The notes beneath the pieces are model-generated. The model was not told where the DNA came from. It did not search any database and saw nothing but the letters and a program-made list of their open reading frames with translations. Shown piece after piece: positions 26,537 through 37,086 of a stretch of 46,475 nucleotides of DNA; the stretch's first letter is position 1; every line of letters starts with the position of its first letter. Location: positions 1 to 46,475 of the forward strand of contig JAQGOH010000069.1 in the NCBI GenBank assembly GCA_028293705.1, given 5' to 3'. Source of the stretch: Francisellaceae bacterium. GTDB taxonomy: Bacteria; Pseudomonadota; Gammaproteobacteria; UBA6186; Azoamicaceae. The position numbers were made by a program, and so were the translations under genes.

Positions 26537-27991
26537 TTAAGCATCAAGATTTGGCATATGTTTATGCCAATTGGTTACTTGCTGATATTGGTGAGCCACA
26601 TTTAGAAGACGAGCTTCTTCAAAATAATTTCCAATTAATTGGATGCCTCCCGGCTGCCTATTTATAAACCCCCCAGGCATTGAAAGCCCAGGTAATCCTG
26701 CAAGATTTGTACTAATTGTATAAATATCTGATAGATACATACTAATAGGGTCTTGGGTTTTTTCTCCTTTCTTAAAAGCAGTTTGAGGGCTGGTAGGCCC
26801 TAAGATAAGGTCGACTTTTTCAAAGGCTTTTTGATAATCATTGGTAATTAAATGTCTTACTTTTTGAGCTTTAAGGTAATAGGCGTCATAATAACCTGCC
26901 GATAATACATAGGTACCTATTAAAATGCGGCGTTTAACTTCATCTCCAAAGGCCTCTGTACGAGAACGCACATAGAGATCTTCTAAGTTTTTAGGATTTT
27001 GACAGCGATAACCATACCGAACCCCATCAAAACGAGCCAAATTAGAAGAACATTCAGCAGGAGCTATGATGTAATAAACAGGCACTGAAAGAGAGGAGTG
27101 GGGTAATTCAATGTCTACAAATTCAACCCCTAATTTTTTAAGCTCATTAATACCCTCGGTTACCAGTTTTGCCATTTCAGAATTTAAATTCTCATTAAAA
27201 AATTCTTTCGGTAAGCCAATTCGTAAGCCTTTTATAGAATGGTTAAGGAATTGTGTGTATTGTGGTACGGGTTTATCCACACTGGTGGAATCTTTTTCAT
27301 CAAAGCCTGCCATCGTCTCTAAAAGTAAAGCACAATCTTCTGCAGTTTGAGCCATGGGGCCTGCTTGATCTAGGCTTGATGCAAAAGCAATCATTCCAAA
27401 ACGTGAAATGCGGCCATAAGTGGGTTTTAAACCCGTAATATTCGTTAAGGCAGCGGGTTGCCGGATAGAACCCCCGGTGTCTGTTCCAGTGGCAATCGGA
27501 GCTAAGCGAGCAGCGATGCTTGCTGCAGCACCCCCTGAAGAACCCCCAGGTACCCGTTGGTAATCCCAAGGATTACAAACCGCGCCATAGAAACTAGTTT
27601 CATTGCTAGAACCCATGGCAAATTCGTCCATATTGGTTTTGCCAAGAGTAATCATGCCAACCGAATTTAATTTTTCAACCAAAGTAGCATCATAAGGTGC
27701 TATAAAATTATCTAACATTTTAGATCCGCAGGAAGTTTTAATTCCTTTGGTACAAAATATATCTTTATGGGCTATGGGTAACCCGCACAAAGGATGGTTT
27801 TCGCCTTGGCTTATGATTTTATCTGCAAGTAATGCTTGTTCTAATGCCTTTTCAGCATTCACTGTAATAAAAGCATTTAATTTAGGATTGTATTTTTCGA
27901 TACGATCTAAATAAGTTTTTGTTAATTCAAGACTTGAAAATTGCTTTGTTTTTAAGCCCTGGGACAATTCGCTTAAGGTTTGATTAAACAT
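26537..27991 (-). CDS. gatA: Glu-tRNA(Gln) amidotransferase subunit A
   Basis: 484 aa with the amidase signature '[33 protein letters not shown]' and '[11 protein letters not shown]'. It lies between gatC and gatB. Confidence 0.95.
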   Translation of the reverse strand: MFNQTLSELSQGLKTKQFSSLELTKTYLDRIEKYNPKLNAFITVNAEKALEQALLADKIISQGENHPLCGLPIAHKDIFCTKGIKTSCGSKMLDNFIAPYDATLVEKLNSVGMITLGKTNMDEFAMGSSNETSFYGAVCNPWDYQRVPGGSSGGAAASIAARLAPIATGTDTGGSIRQPAALTNITGLKPTYGRISRFGMIAFASSLDQAGPMAQTAEDCALLLETMAGFDEKDSTSVDKPVPQYTQFLNHSIKGLRIGLPKEFFNENLNSEMAKLVTEGINELKKLGVEFVDIELPHSSLSVPVYYIIAPAECSSNLARFDGVRYGYRCQNPKNLEDLYVRSRTEAFGDEVKRRILIGTYVLSAGYYDAYYLKAQKVRHLITNDYQKAFEKVDLILGPTSPQTAFKKGEKTQDPISMYLSDIYTISTNLAGLPGLSMPGGFINRQPGGIQLIGNYFEEARLLNVAHQYQQVTNWHKHMPNLDA

Positions 27992-28010
27992 ATAAAGATT
28001 CCAATATGAG

Positions 28011-28301
28011 TTAGTCTCTTACTGTAGGAACAAGATAAAGTCCGGCTTCAGTAAGTGGGGCAATACTTTGTAATAAGTCTCTTTGATCTGTGGCAATAAC
28101 TTTATCTTCACGACAGGTAAGTTTTGTAGCTAAGGAATGAATTTGTGGGGTAATATTCTGAGTATCAATTTCATTGATTTGATCAATCATCTTCATTATC
28201 CTAGATAAGTCCTCTTGTAAAGAGTGGCAGGTGTTGCCTTGCTCTACATTAAGACGAGCAAGATGAGCAACTTGAAGAATATCTTTTGAATTAATTGACA
28301 T
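28011..28301 (-). CDS. gatC: Glu-tRNA(Gln) amidotransferase subunit C
   Basis: The start is taken at M15 of the track ORF (ATG 28301), preceded by GGAGA 5 nt upstream on the minus strand. The 96 aa begin '[17 protein letters not shown]', typical of the GatC N-terminus and size. Confidence 0.85.
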   Translation of the reverse strand: MSINSKDILQVAHLARLNVEQGNTCHSLQEDLSRIMKMIDQINEIDTQNITPQIHSLATKLTCREDKVIATDQRDLLQSIAPLTEAGLYLVPTVRD

Positions 28302-28429
28302 TTTTATCTCCGATGGAGGTATATTATAAAGTTTAAAAGGCATACTTTAACATAATGCGTTGCAAGTCCCAACTTTTCATTTTTTTTAAAATTAGGGTTT
28401 AGGGATTTTAAGAATTTAAACTGAGGTAA

Positions 28430-29485
<1,056 letters not shown>

Positions 29486-29491
29486 AAAACA

Positions 29492-30349
29492 GTGGATAAT
29501 AGTAAGCCTATTTTTGCAGCAGAACCCATTTATGGTTTTCGTTTTATATTTGTTTTGGTGCTGTCAATTGCCTTAATGGCAATTGACCATCATTACCATT
29601 ATTTACCCAGCATACGGTCTAATTTTACAAAAATAATAGTACCCATTCAAAAATTGAGTAATCTTCCTGGTCAATCTTTGGCCAATTTAAGTCATTATTT
29701 AAGCTCTTATACTTTTTTACAAAAAGAAAACATAAGATTAAACCAACAACAGTTAGTGCTCAATGCTCAATTACAAAAATTAATGGCTTTAGAATCTGAA
29801 AATATTCGTCTTCGAGCATTACTTCAATCGTCCCCTAAAATAAAAGAGTCCTTTACAAGCGCTGAACTTATACAAATTGATCCCGATCCTTTTAGCCATA
29901 TTATCGTTTTAAACAAAGGTAAAACCGATGGAGTTTTTATTGGACAACCCTTAATTGATGCGAACGGAATTATGGGAAAAATAATTGAGGTAGAAAATGA
30001 TACCAGCCGGGCCATGCTTATCACAGATACAGCACATGCCCTACCCATAGAAAACCTTCGCAATGGTATGCGTGCCATCGCGGTAGGGGTAGGTAATATT
30101 AATCGTTTGGAATTACAGCATGTTCCCTTAACTGCGGATATTAAAGAAGGGGATGAATTAGTTACTTCAGGACTAGGAGGCAAATATCCCATGGGGCTTC
30201 CTGTTGGCACGGTGGATAAAGTTATTTATACCAAGGGTGCGGCTTTTTCTAAAATTTGGATAAAACCTAAGGCCCATTTAGAACAGAGTAAACAAGTATT
30301 ATTAATTCAACCTTTAGATGGGTTAACATCGGATAAGGATCTATTCTAG
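29492..30349 (+). CDS. mreC: rod-shape-determining protein MreC
   Basis: GTG start 7 nt after the mreB stop. 285 aa with an N-terminal TM and the coiled-coil 'LKQENIRLNQQQLVLNAQLQKLMALESENIRLRALL'. The beta-barrel domains contain 'GIMGKIIEV' and 'LVTSGLGGKYPMGLPVG'. Confidence 0.88.
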   Translation: MDNSKPIFAAEPIYGFRFIFVLVLSIALMAIDHHYHYLPSIRSNFTKIIVPIQKLSNLPGQSLANLSHYLSSYTFLQKENIRLNQQQLVLNAQLQKLMALESENIRLRALLQSSPKIKESFTSAELIQIDPDPFSHIIVLNKGKTDGVFIGQPLIDANGIMGKIIEVENDTSRAMLITDTAHALPIENLRNGMRAIAVGVGNINRLELQHVPLTADIKEGDELVTSGLGGKYPMGLPVGTVDKVIYTKGAAFSKIWIKPKAHLEQSKQVLLIQPLDGLTSDKDLF

Positions 30350-30849
30350 TGAGAAGAATACAAATTATAAGATTAAGACAATTAGCTAGTATTAGTTTTT
30401 CATTAGTGGTTGCATTGGTTTTAATGATTATTCCTATTTCAAAAAATTTACAAGCAGCCTGGCCGCAGTGGTTAAGCTTGGTTATTATCTATTGGGTAAC
30501 TTTTACACCCAGATTAATTGGTATAATGACCGCTTGGTGTCTAGGACTTAGTATGGATATTTTAGGAGGAAGATTTTTGGGCCAATATGCCTTAAGTCTT
30601 AGTGTGGTTGCTTTTCTTACTATTATTTTAAGAAACCGGATTAGATTGTTTTCTCTATGGCAAAAAAGTTTAAGTATTCTAGTCATAATAGGATTTGGAC
30701 AATTAATTTTTGTGATAGTGCATTGGTTTATGGGAAAAACCCACCCTCCTCAAAATATCTTAATTTGGATGTCCACTCTTAGCAGTATGCTGATTTGGCC
30801 TTTAATTGAAGCAATACTTAAAATTTACCAGCGTAAGCTTATTTTTTAA
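30349..30849 (+). CDS. mreD: rod-shape-determining protein MreD
   Basis: The GTG start overlaps the mreC stop (taGTGa). 166 aa, polytopic and hydrophobic. The position completes mreBCD. Confidence 0.75.
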   Translation: MRRIQIIRLRQLASISFSLVVALVLMIIPISKNLQAAWPQWLSLVIIYWVTFTPRLIGIMTAWCLGLSMDILGGRFLGQYALSLSVVAFLTIILRNRIRLFSLWQKSLSILVIIGFGQLIFVIVHWFMGKTHPPQNILIWMSTLSSMLIWPLIEAILKIYQRKLIF

Positions 30850-31565
30850 AATTGAATCTTTCTAACCCAAGCCAGCCAATCCCGTTCCCCTAAATTTTCT
30901 TCAAAATTTAATAATTGCTCATTAGTTTTGCAAGCAACTGTTTCACTTAAAATACACAAGTCTTGATTCATACTTAAAGCCGCTATCTGTGTTTGACAGG
31001 CTTTTTCTAAATGATAGCAGTAATACAGGGCTTCAGGTACTGTTTTGCCACAGGTAAGTGTTCCATGATTTTGCATAAACATAACCTTATAATTACTTAA
31101 ATCTTTTATTAATTGAAGTTCATGATCATCAGTATTTAAAGCTAGGCATTGGTAGGGATGATACGCAATTTTTTTATAAAAATGTAAGGCCCATTGGCTT
31201 ATGGGTAACAAGCCCTTTTTAGTACAAGAAACCGCTACCCCCGCCACAGTATGTAAATGAAAAATAGCATTTAAATCACCTCTATTCCTATAAATGGATC
31301 CATGTATGACATACCCAGTTTGATTGTATTGATATTCTTCTCCTTCTAAAATTTTACCCTCTAAAGATACTTTCAATAAATTAAAAGGGGTCACTTCTTC
31401 AAATAATAAGCCAAAAGGGTAAATGTAATAATAAGGCGCATTTGGGGGTCTTGCTGATAAATGGGTATAGGTCGCATCATCCAGTCCCCAAAGGCTTAAA
31501 ATGCGGTAGGCTTGGGCTAATTTTAATTTAACTTCAGCATCAATTACGGGTATTTGTTTTGACAT
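30846..31565 (-). CDS. class II aldolase / adducin N-terminal domain family protein
   Basis: 239 aa with 'GHLSAR'-like 'THLSARPP', 'IHGSIYRNRGDLNAIFHLHT' and 'MQNHGTLTCGKTVPEA'. These are metal-binding His and fold motifs of the FucA/AraD/adducin family. Confidence 0.75.
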   Translation of the reverse strand: MSKQIPVIDAEVKLKLAQAYRILSLWGLDDATYTHLSARPPNAPYYYIYPFGLLFEEVTPFNLLKVSLEGKILEGEEYQYNQTGYVIHGSIYRNRGDLNAIFHLHTVAGVAVSCTKKGLLPISQWALHFYKKIAYHPYQCLALNTDDHELQLIKDLSNYKVMFMQNHGTLTCGKTVPEALYYCYHLEKACQTQIAALSMNQDLCILSETVACKTNEQLLNFEENLGERDWLAWVRKIQF

Positions 31566-31648
31566 TTTTTCTCCAAAATAGTTATTTTCCTTTAGAAAAA
31601 TTAATTTTAGCCGTTACCTATGAAAAGATTTCTTTATAGGATAAGACT

Positions 31649-33382
31649 ATGCGCATTAAACATCAATTGCTATTTGTCACCACCTTCATAGCAATCATTG
31701 CAGTTATTCTTGCCTCAGGCATCATTGGGTATTTATCTTATAAACTTTCCAAAGAGGCTCTTAAACAAAATGTCCAGAATCATTTAACCAGTATACAGGA
31801 ACTTAAAAAAGAGCAAGTTGAGAATTATTTTAAAACCATTAGAGCACAGGTACTAAGCTTTTCTGATGATAAAATGATTAGTACAGCACTTGAAAGTTTT
31901 AAAAGCGCTTTTGAAATCTATGGAAAAGAAATAGGAGAAAATAATTTAGCAAAATATAAGAAAGCCGACATTGAGATTTATCTTGAAGAATTTTCAAATC
32001 GATATAAAGAAAAAAATATAAGTGCGCTGCCTAGCAATACGGCAAAATTAATTAATTTAAATTCAAATGAGACTTTTGCTTTACAATATTTTTATATTTT
32101 TAATAATAAATTTTCTATCGGTCAAAAAGCAAGATTAGATGAAGGGCAAGATAATACGACTTATAGCAAGGTACATAATAAATTCCATCCTTTTTTTAGA
32201 GATTATTTAGAAAAATTTAACTTTTATGATATGTTTCTAGTGGGTTTAGACGGGGTTGTCTATTATACCAAAGAAAAAAAAGTTGATTTTACAAGCTCTC
32301 TAATCGATGGCCCTTTTGCCGATAGCCAATTAGCCAAGGTATTTAATATGGCCAAAGCATCTCCTAATAATGACTTTTCATTTTTATCAGATTTTAAGCC
32401 GTATATTCCTTCTTATGGAGATGAAGTCGCATTTATCGCAACTCCCATTTTTAAAGAGGGCATTAAAATTGGTGTATTAATTTTTCAAATACACCAGGAT
32501 GTTATCAATAATATACTTGTTAAAAATAAAAATTTAGCCTCTTCCTGGATGGGTAAAACCGGGGAAGTTTATATTGTAGGAGAAGATAATAAATTAAGAA
32601 CTGAAAATAGATTATTTCTTGAATCCCCAAATAATTACGCTGAAATTATGGAAAGTTATTTATCGAAAGACACCTTAACTTTGATTAAAACTAAGCATAC
32701 CACCATTGGACTACAAAAAATTATTTCTCCTGATTTAGCAGTTGATTTAAATCAAACCAGTAATTATAAAACTATTGAAGATTTTTTAGGGCACAAATAT
32801 TTAGCAAGTGTTTCTCCTTTGTCAATTGAAGATCTTAAATGGGAAATTGTATGTAGTATTTCAAAAGAAGAAGCTTTAGCGGGTATAAATACACTAGGGC
32901 ATAAAATATATTTTTCTTCCCTGATTTTGATGGTTGTTTTAGTCAGTCTTTCATTTATTATGGGAAAAAGATTAGTATTAATTTGTAGCGAGCCTATAGA
33001 AAAAATAAGTGATGAAATTCAATATTTAGCTAAGCATCAGGATTTAACCAAAAGATTACAAGTTACTTCTAACGATGAAATTGGAGAAATGGCTTCCTCC
33101 TTGAATGGTCTTTTAGCCAATTTTCAACATATTTGCATGGAAGCTCTACAATCATCCAAGTTAGTTAAAAACACACTCGAAGAAATTTCTTTGTTTGACA
33201 AAAATGAAAAAAATCAGCAACCAGAATCTAAGACAAGCATTAGTAATGAGGAAAAAATTAAACACATGAAAAACATTATGGATGCTGCAACTAACCTGGG
33301 TCATTTTTCAGATAAGTTAACAAAATTGTCTGAACAGTTTAAGATAATTGAAGAGCAGGCGGAGCAAAAAAGTGAATGGTAA
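31649..33382 (+). CDS. membrane sensor with Cache-like periplasmic domain and HAMP domain, no recognisable output domain
   Basis: 577 aa. TM1 is aa ~7-29. The periplasmic part is about 390 aa, with a long N-terminal helix and Cache-like strands ('YDMFLVGLDGVVYYT', 'VAFIATPIFKEGIKIGVLIFQI', 'GEVYIVGEDNKLR'). TM2 is aa ~419-439. HAMP is aa ~441-494 ('PIEKISDEIQYLAKHQDLTKRL...NDEIGEMASSLNGLLANF'). An ~80-aa charged coiled-coil tail follows. Confidence 0.65.
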   Translation: MRIKHQLLFVTTFIAIIAVILASGIIGYLSYKLSKEALKQNVQNHLTSIQELKKEQVENYFKTIRAQVLSFSDDKMISTALESFKSAFEIYGKEIGENNLAKYKKADIEIYLEEFSNRYKEKNISALPSNTAKLINLNSNETFALQYFYIFNNKFSIGQKARLDEGQDNTTYSKVHNKFHPFFRDYLEKFNFYDMFLVGLDGVVYYTKEKKVDFTSSLIDGPFADSQLAKVFNMAKASPNNDFSFLSDFKPYIPSYGDEVAFIATPIFKEGIKIGVLIFQIHQDVINNILVKNKNLASSWMGKTGEVYIVGEDNKLRTENRLFLESPNNYAEIMESYLSKDTLTLIKTKHTTIGLQKIISPDLAVDLNQTSNYKTIEDFLGHKYLASVSPLSIEDLKWEIVCSISKEEALAGINTLGHKIYFSSLILMVVLVSLSFIMGKRLVLICSEPIEKISDEIQYLAKHQDLTKRLQVTSNDEIGEMASSLNGLLANFQHICMEALQSSKLVKNTLEEISLFDKNEKNQQPESKTSISNEEKIKHMKNIMDAATNLGHFSDKLTKLSEQFKIIEEQAEQKSEW

Positions 33383-33404
33383 GATTAGGTAATTATCCAA
33401 AAAT

Positions 33405-33431
33405 AAAGGGTAAATAAAACATTTACCCTTT
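33405..33431. terminator. bidirectional rho-independent terminator between the sensor gene and the small secreted-protein gene
   Basis: AAAGGGTAAAT (33405-15), loop AAAAC, ATTTACCCTTT (33421-31). On the minus strand it is followed by ATTTTT. Confidence 0.7.
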
Positions 33432-33450
33432 ATGGTGTTTAATAGAATGT

Positions 33451-33654
33451 TTATTGAACTGGGGTAGCGGGAGCTGGGTTGTTTGAACTTGGCATATTGG
33501 GCATTGAATTACAAACATCCATGCTCATAGCTTTCATTTCGCAAGCTTTATCACCATTACATTTTGCTTTTTCCATATCGCATTGAGCTTGATCAAAAGC
33601 AAAAGCTGAACCTGCTGCAAAAGAAACTAAAAGGGCTGCCATTAAAGTTTTCAT
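33451..33654 (-). CDS. small secreted Cys/Met-rich protein (67 aa)
   Basis: GGAGA lies 8 nt upstream of the ATG on the minus strand. The Sec signal peptide is 'MKTLMAALLVSFAAGSAFA|FD'. The ~48-aa mature part has 4 Cys and 7 Met ('CDMEKAKCNGDKACEMKAMSMDVCNSMPNMP') and a Pro/Ala/Thr tail. A terminator lies downstream. Confidence 0.6.
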   Translation of the reverse strand: MKTLMAALLVSFAAGSAFAFDQAQCDMEKAKCNGDKACEMKAMSMDVCNSMPNMPSSNNPAPATPVQ

Positions 33655-33801
33655 CGTAATATTCTCCAGGTTAAATAAGATAAAACAAATTCTAAAATAA
33701 AAGCCGTGACTCTTCTAAACTCTTGGATAATAAGCCAAATGTATTGATTTTTACAGCTCTTACGATAAAAAAGTTTAGCACACTAAATTAAAAAAAACAA
33801 A

Positions 33802-34671
33802 TTATAGGCTATCCGTTTGGGTCGGATTTGTACGGGGCTTAACCTCATCCATCAGAAAATCATGTGCAATAGTCTGATAGTAGAAAGGGATCACAATATG
33901 ATGAGCTTTAAAAGCTTTTTGAATTTCCAACTGAATATTGGTCTTTAATTCAGTATAATTAGTTTGTCTAGCATAAATAGAGAATTGGATGGATATCCCC
34001 GATTCCCCGAATTCCAAGAAGAAAAACTCTGGTAAAGGACTTTCTAAAGATAACGGATTATTTTGAGCGGCTTCGAATAATATCTTTTTAATAAGGTCGA
34101 TATCCTCATCAAATGAAAAACGAAAAGTTAAATCTAATCGCCGAATTGGGAAACGTGATAAATTTTGAAATTGGGATTTTAAAAGTAGCTCATTAGGAAT
34201 TCTAACCAAAGTATTATCTCGGGTGCGTATATTAATGGATAACAATTCTATAGATAAAATTTCCCCTATAGTATCATTGATGACAATAAAGTCGCCTACT
34301 ACAAATGGTTTTTCGATAATTAAAAATATACCACTAATAATATTAGACATCCCTGTTTGGGATGCAAAAGAAATAGCTACCGCACCGATTCCCGCAGCTC
34401 CTAATAAAGTACCAACTTCTACGCCTAATGTTTTAAGAGAAAGCATTATAAAAAGTAAAACTACAAAATAATAAACAACTCGTTTAAGTAACATCGAGTG
34501 ATGGGCGGATGCTCTTTTTAAGGTGATTTTTGCAACAATTGAACCTACAATATTAGCAACTACAAAACCTGAAACAAAAAATAAACTGGCTTCAAAACAA
34601 TTCGTTAAAGCTTGAGGGAGTTTTAAATTAGCAAAAAGCTGAGTAGGGTCAATCAACTGAGAAAAAAGCAT
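33802..34671 (-). CDS. mechanosensitive ion channel, MscS family
   Basis: 289 aa with three N-terminal TM helices. The pore-lining/beta-domain signature is 'LLGAAGIGAVAISFASQTGMSNIISGIFLIIEKPFVVGDFIVI'. Confidence 0.85.
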   Translation of the reverse strand: MLFSQLIDPTQLFANLKLPQALTNCFEASLFFVSGFVVANIVGSIVAKITLKRASAHHSMLLKRVVYYFVVLLFIMLSLKTLGVEVGTLLGAAGIGAVAISFASQTGMSNIISGIFLIIEKPFVVGDFIVINDTIGEILSIELLSINIRTRDNTLVRIPNELLLKSQFQNLSRFPIRRLDLTFRFSFDEDIDLIKKILFEAAQNNPLSLESPLPEFFFLEFGESGISIQFSIYARQTNYTELKTNIQLEIQKAFKAHHIVIPFYYQTIAHDFLMDEVKPRTNPTQTDSL

Positions 34672-34673
34672 AA

Positions 34674-35573
34674 TTAGTTCCGTATTAAAGCATTAAAAAA
34701 ATTTTTAAGTCCCGCACTGGTAGAAAAGTCTAAGCGGGGAGCTGATAACAACAATGGCTCTTCTAAATCTCGTCCAGGACCTTTCACAATTTTTACCTCT
34801 AAATTATTATCACCTTCCCGTTTGAAAATTAATTGTTCAGTCCAAAGACAATGATTTTTATCTGTGAAGACGGATAAATAGGGTAAGGGTAGAGTGATTT
34901 GATCTAATACTAAAGTCGAATGAGAATGATTTTTAATATGCATACGAGTAATAACTTGATCAAAATGAGTGGGTAATTCTTTAAAATTCGCAAAGCAATT
35001 AATATTTCCCCCATAACATAGTTCACCTTCTAATGTGTTCACACCAAACCAAGAGTCTGATAAATGAGTGGTAGAAATTTCATCTAGAATAATAGGTGGT
35101 AAAAGGTTTAATACCCTTATAGAAACTGGAAAACTGGCATATAAAGTGGTTTCCATTTCTGCGGGTATATAGATGGGGTGCTGTAAACGGGATACTAAAG
35201 GCCTATCTGCTAAAACGGGTTTAAGAGCAATTTGTTGGCTTAAGTTATTAAAGACAAATGTTTTATGATGGATGGCTTCTTTAAATATTTCATGATGTAA
35301 ATTCAATGAATTTTCTGCATCATTGACTAATTCATCCGGCTCGATTTTAAAGTGTCTTGGGTACCAAGCACCGATTTTCCATTGATGAATATCGTTTTGG
35401 ATGCCTATAATTCTATTCCCAATATGCCAATAAACCAATTGTTGGGGTAAAACTTCATACGAGCCCCACCAAGCCTGCTCAATATTAGAAGGTTTTGGTT
35501 TCAGTAATAAAGGAGCCACTTTAGGCGCTGATGATTTAAATAATAAAGGAATTCTTCTAAACCATGATTTCAT
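34674..35573 (-). CDS. conserved-looking hypothetical protein (299 aa), function unknown
   Basis: The start ATG overlaps the folD stop (ATGA at 35573-35570), and its stop lies 2 nt before the mscS-family start. It is a soluble-looking His/Trp-rich sequence with no motif I can assign. Confidence 0.6.
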   Translation of the reverse strand: MKSWFRRIPLLFKSSAPKVAPLLLKPKPSNIEQAWWGSYEVLPQQLVYWHIGNRIIGIQNDIHQWKIGAWYPRHFKIEPDELVNDAENSLNLHHEIFKEAIHHKTFVFNNLSQQIALKPVLADRPLVSRLQHPIYIPAEMETTLYASFPVSIRVLNLLPPIILDEISTTHLSDSWFGVNTLEGELCYGGNINCFANFKELPTHFDQVITRMHIKNHSHSTLVLDQITLPLPYLSVFTDKNHCLWTEQLIFKREGDNNLEVKIVKGPGRDLEEPLLLSAPRLDFSTSAGLKNFFNALIRN

Positions 35574-36433
35574 AATACTTGTGCTTCTCTCAGTAATGTT
35601 GCATATAAAGTGTTCTGTAATAAGCTAATTACAGTCATAGGTCCAACCCCACCTGGTACTGGGGTTATCCATGAAGCTTTAACGGCAGCTTTTTCAAATT
35701 CTATATCCCCCACCATTTTTCCATTAGGTAAACGATTAATGCCAACGTCCACGATTATTGCTCCTTTTTTTATCCATTCTCCCTTGATTATATTAGGTTT
35801 TCCAATGGCGACTATCAAAATATCAGCATTTTTAACAAAAAAAGGCAAATCTTTAGTTTTTTTATGGCAGGCCGTAACGGTACAACCTGCTTGCAGTAGC
35901 TCTAAGATCATAGGGCGCCCTACAATATTTGAGATTCCAATTATGGTAGCATTTAAACCTTGAAGGGCAATTCCAGTACTCGCTAATAAGGTCATAATCC
36001 CAGCTGGTGTGCAGGCTCTTAAACAAGGGGCTTGTAAGGATAAAAGCCCTATATTATAGGGATGAAATCCATCGACATCCTTTAAGGGATCAATCGCTTT
36101 AATGATGTTAAGGGTATTCACCTGTGGAGGTAGGGGTAATTGCACTAATATACCATCTATCTCATTATTTTCATTTAAATCATTTATAAGTAATAAAATT
36201 TCAGCTTCAGTCACAGAGCTTGGTAAATTATAAGCAAAAGAATTAAATCCTACCCGGGCACAGGCTTTACGTTTATTGGCAACATACACTTCTGAAGCAG
36301 CATCATTCCCCACTAAAATTACTGCAAGGCCAGGAATTTTTTGGTTTAAAATTTTTCTTTTTTCGACAGTAGTTTTAAGTTCTTGTTCTAAAAAAAGGCT
36401 TAATTTTTTTCCATTTAAAATTTGTGCGCTCAT
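35570..36433 (-). CDS. folD: bifunctional 5,10-methylene-tetrahydrofolate dehydrogenase / methenyl-THF cyclohydrolase
   Basis: 287 aa with 'PGLAVILVGNDAASEVYV..K.KAC', 'DGILVQLPLP', 'DVDGFHP.N.G', 'GISNIVGRPM' and 'ITPVPGGVGPMT'. Confidence 0.95.
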   Translation of the reverse strand: MSAQILNGKKLSLFLEQELKTTVEKRKILNQKIPGLAVILVGNDAASEVYVANKRKACARVGFNSFAYNLPSSVTEAEILLLINDLNENNEIDGILVQLPLPPQVNTLNIIKAIDPLKDVDGFHPYNIGLLSLQAPCLRACTPAGIMTLLASTGIALQGLNATIIGISNIVGRPMILELLQAGCTVTACHKKTKDLPFFVKNADILIVAIGKPNIIKGEWIKKGAIIVDVGINRLPNGKMVGDIEFEKAAVKASWITPVPGGVGPMTVISLLQNTLYATLLREAQVL

Positions 36434-36777
36434 TATGTGTAGGTACTCTCAAAATATTTATTAAACTTATATTAAGACTAGGCTTAATAATACGTAAAGC
36501 AAACTAACATTTTATGGATAATTATTAAATAATTTAAAAGTTTATTAAGTGTTTTCCCTTAAATAAATCTTAACCGACCTATAGCTATTTTCATTACTAA
36601 GTTCTGTAATAAAAAATTCAGTAATTAATCCACAGCGATTGCTATAATTATTTCTGAAGGGTAATGAGCAAAATAATTTATAAAAAAGAAAATAAATTAA
36701 AAGTTTTTGTAAATATATACGTTGGTTTTTAGCTAAATCACTAAAAATATAATTAAAAAAGTCCAAGTTCAATATTC

Positions 36778-36806
36778 TTGACCTTTATAAAAAACCCCGT
36801 TATGAT
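36778..36806 (+). promoter_or_regulatory. sigma70-type promoter of the tRNA cluster (TTGACC - 17 nt - TATGAT)
   Basis: TTGACC at 36778-83, an exact 17-nt spacer and TATGAT at 36801-06, about 38 nt upstream of tRNA-Pro. Confidence 0.5.
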
Positions 36807-36843
36807 TCCTCGTTCTAAGCTTTTATGCTTTAATTAAAAGTTA

Positions 36844-36920
<77 letters not shown>

Positions 36921-36957
36921 GTTAGAATAATGTTTAAGCTGATGCTTTCTAAATAAA

Positions 36958-37034
36958 GCGCCCGTAGCTCATTTGGATAGAGCATCGGCCTTCTAAGCCG
37001 AGGGTAGCAGGTTCGAATCCTGCCGGGCGCGCCA
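36958..37034 (+). tRNA. tRNA-Arg (anticodon UCU)
   Basis: GCGCCCG...CGGGCGC-G-CCA with anticodon arm TCGGC-CTTCTAA-GCCGA. 77 nt. Confidence 0.9.
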
Positions 37035-37086
37035 GTAACTGGTAAGCTTGGTTAAAGATAGAAGCGGTTATTTTAGATGTTTTTAT

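Noticed and set aside
28302-28343. Upstream extension of gatC ('MPFKLYNIPPSEIK').
   Set aside because: The GGAGA RBS lies inside this extension, 5 nt upstream of ATG 28301, and the resulting 96-aa product fits GatC size.
33383-33450. Looked for a frameshifted remnant of an MCP or kinase output domain downstream of the Cache-HAMP gene.
   Set aside because: Only 68 nt separate it from the convergent small gene, and these are occupied by a terminator hairpin. No remnant coding sequence is present.
36545-36772. 75-aa minus-strand ORF in the 410-bp AT-rich folD/tRNA intergenic region.
   Set aside because: It has low-complexity Phe/Leu/Asn/Tyr composition typical of AT-rich non-coding DNA and no RBS. 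The region more plausibly holds the divergent folD and tRNA promoters.
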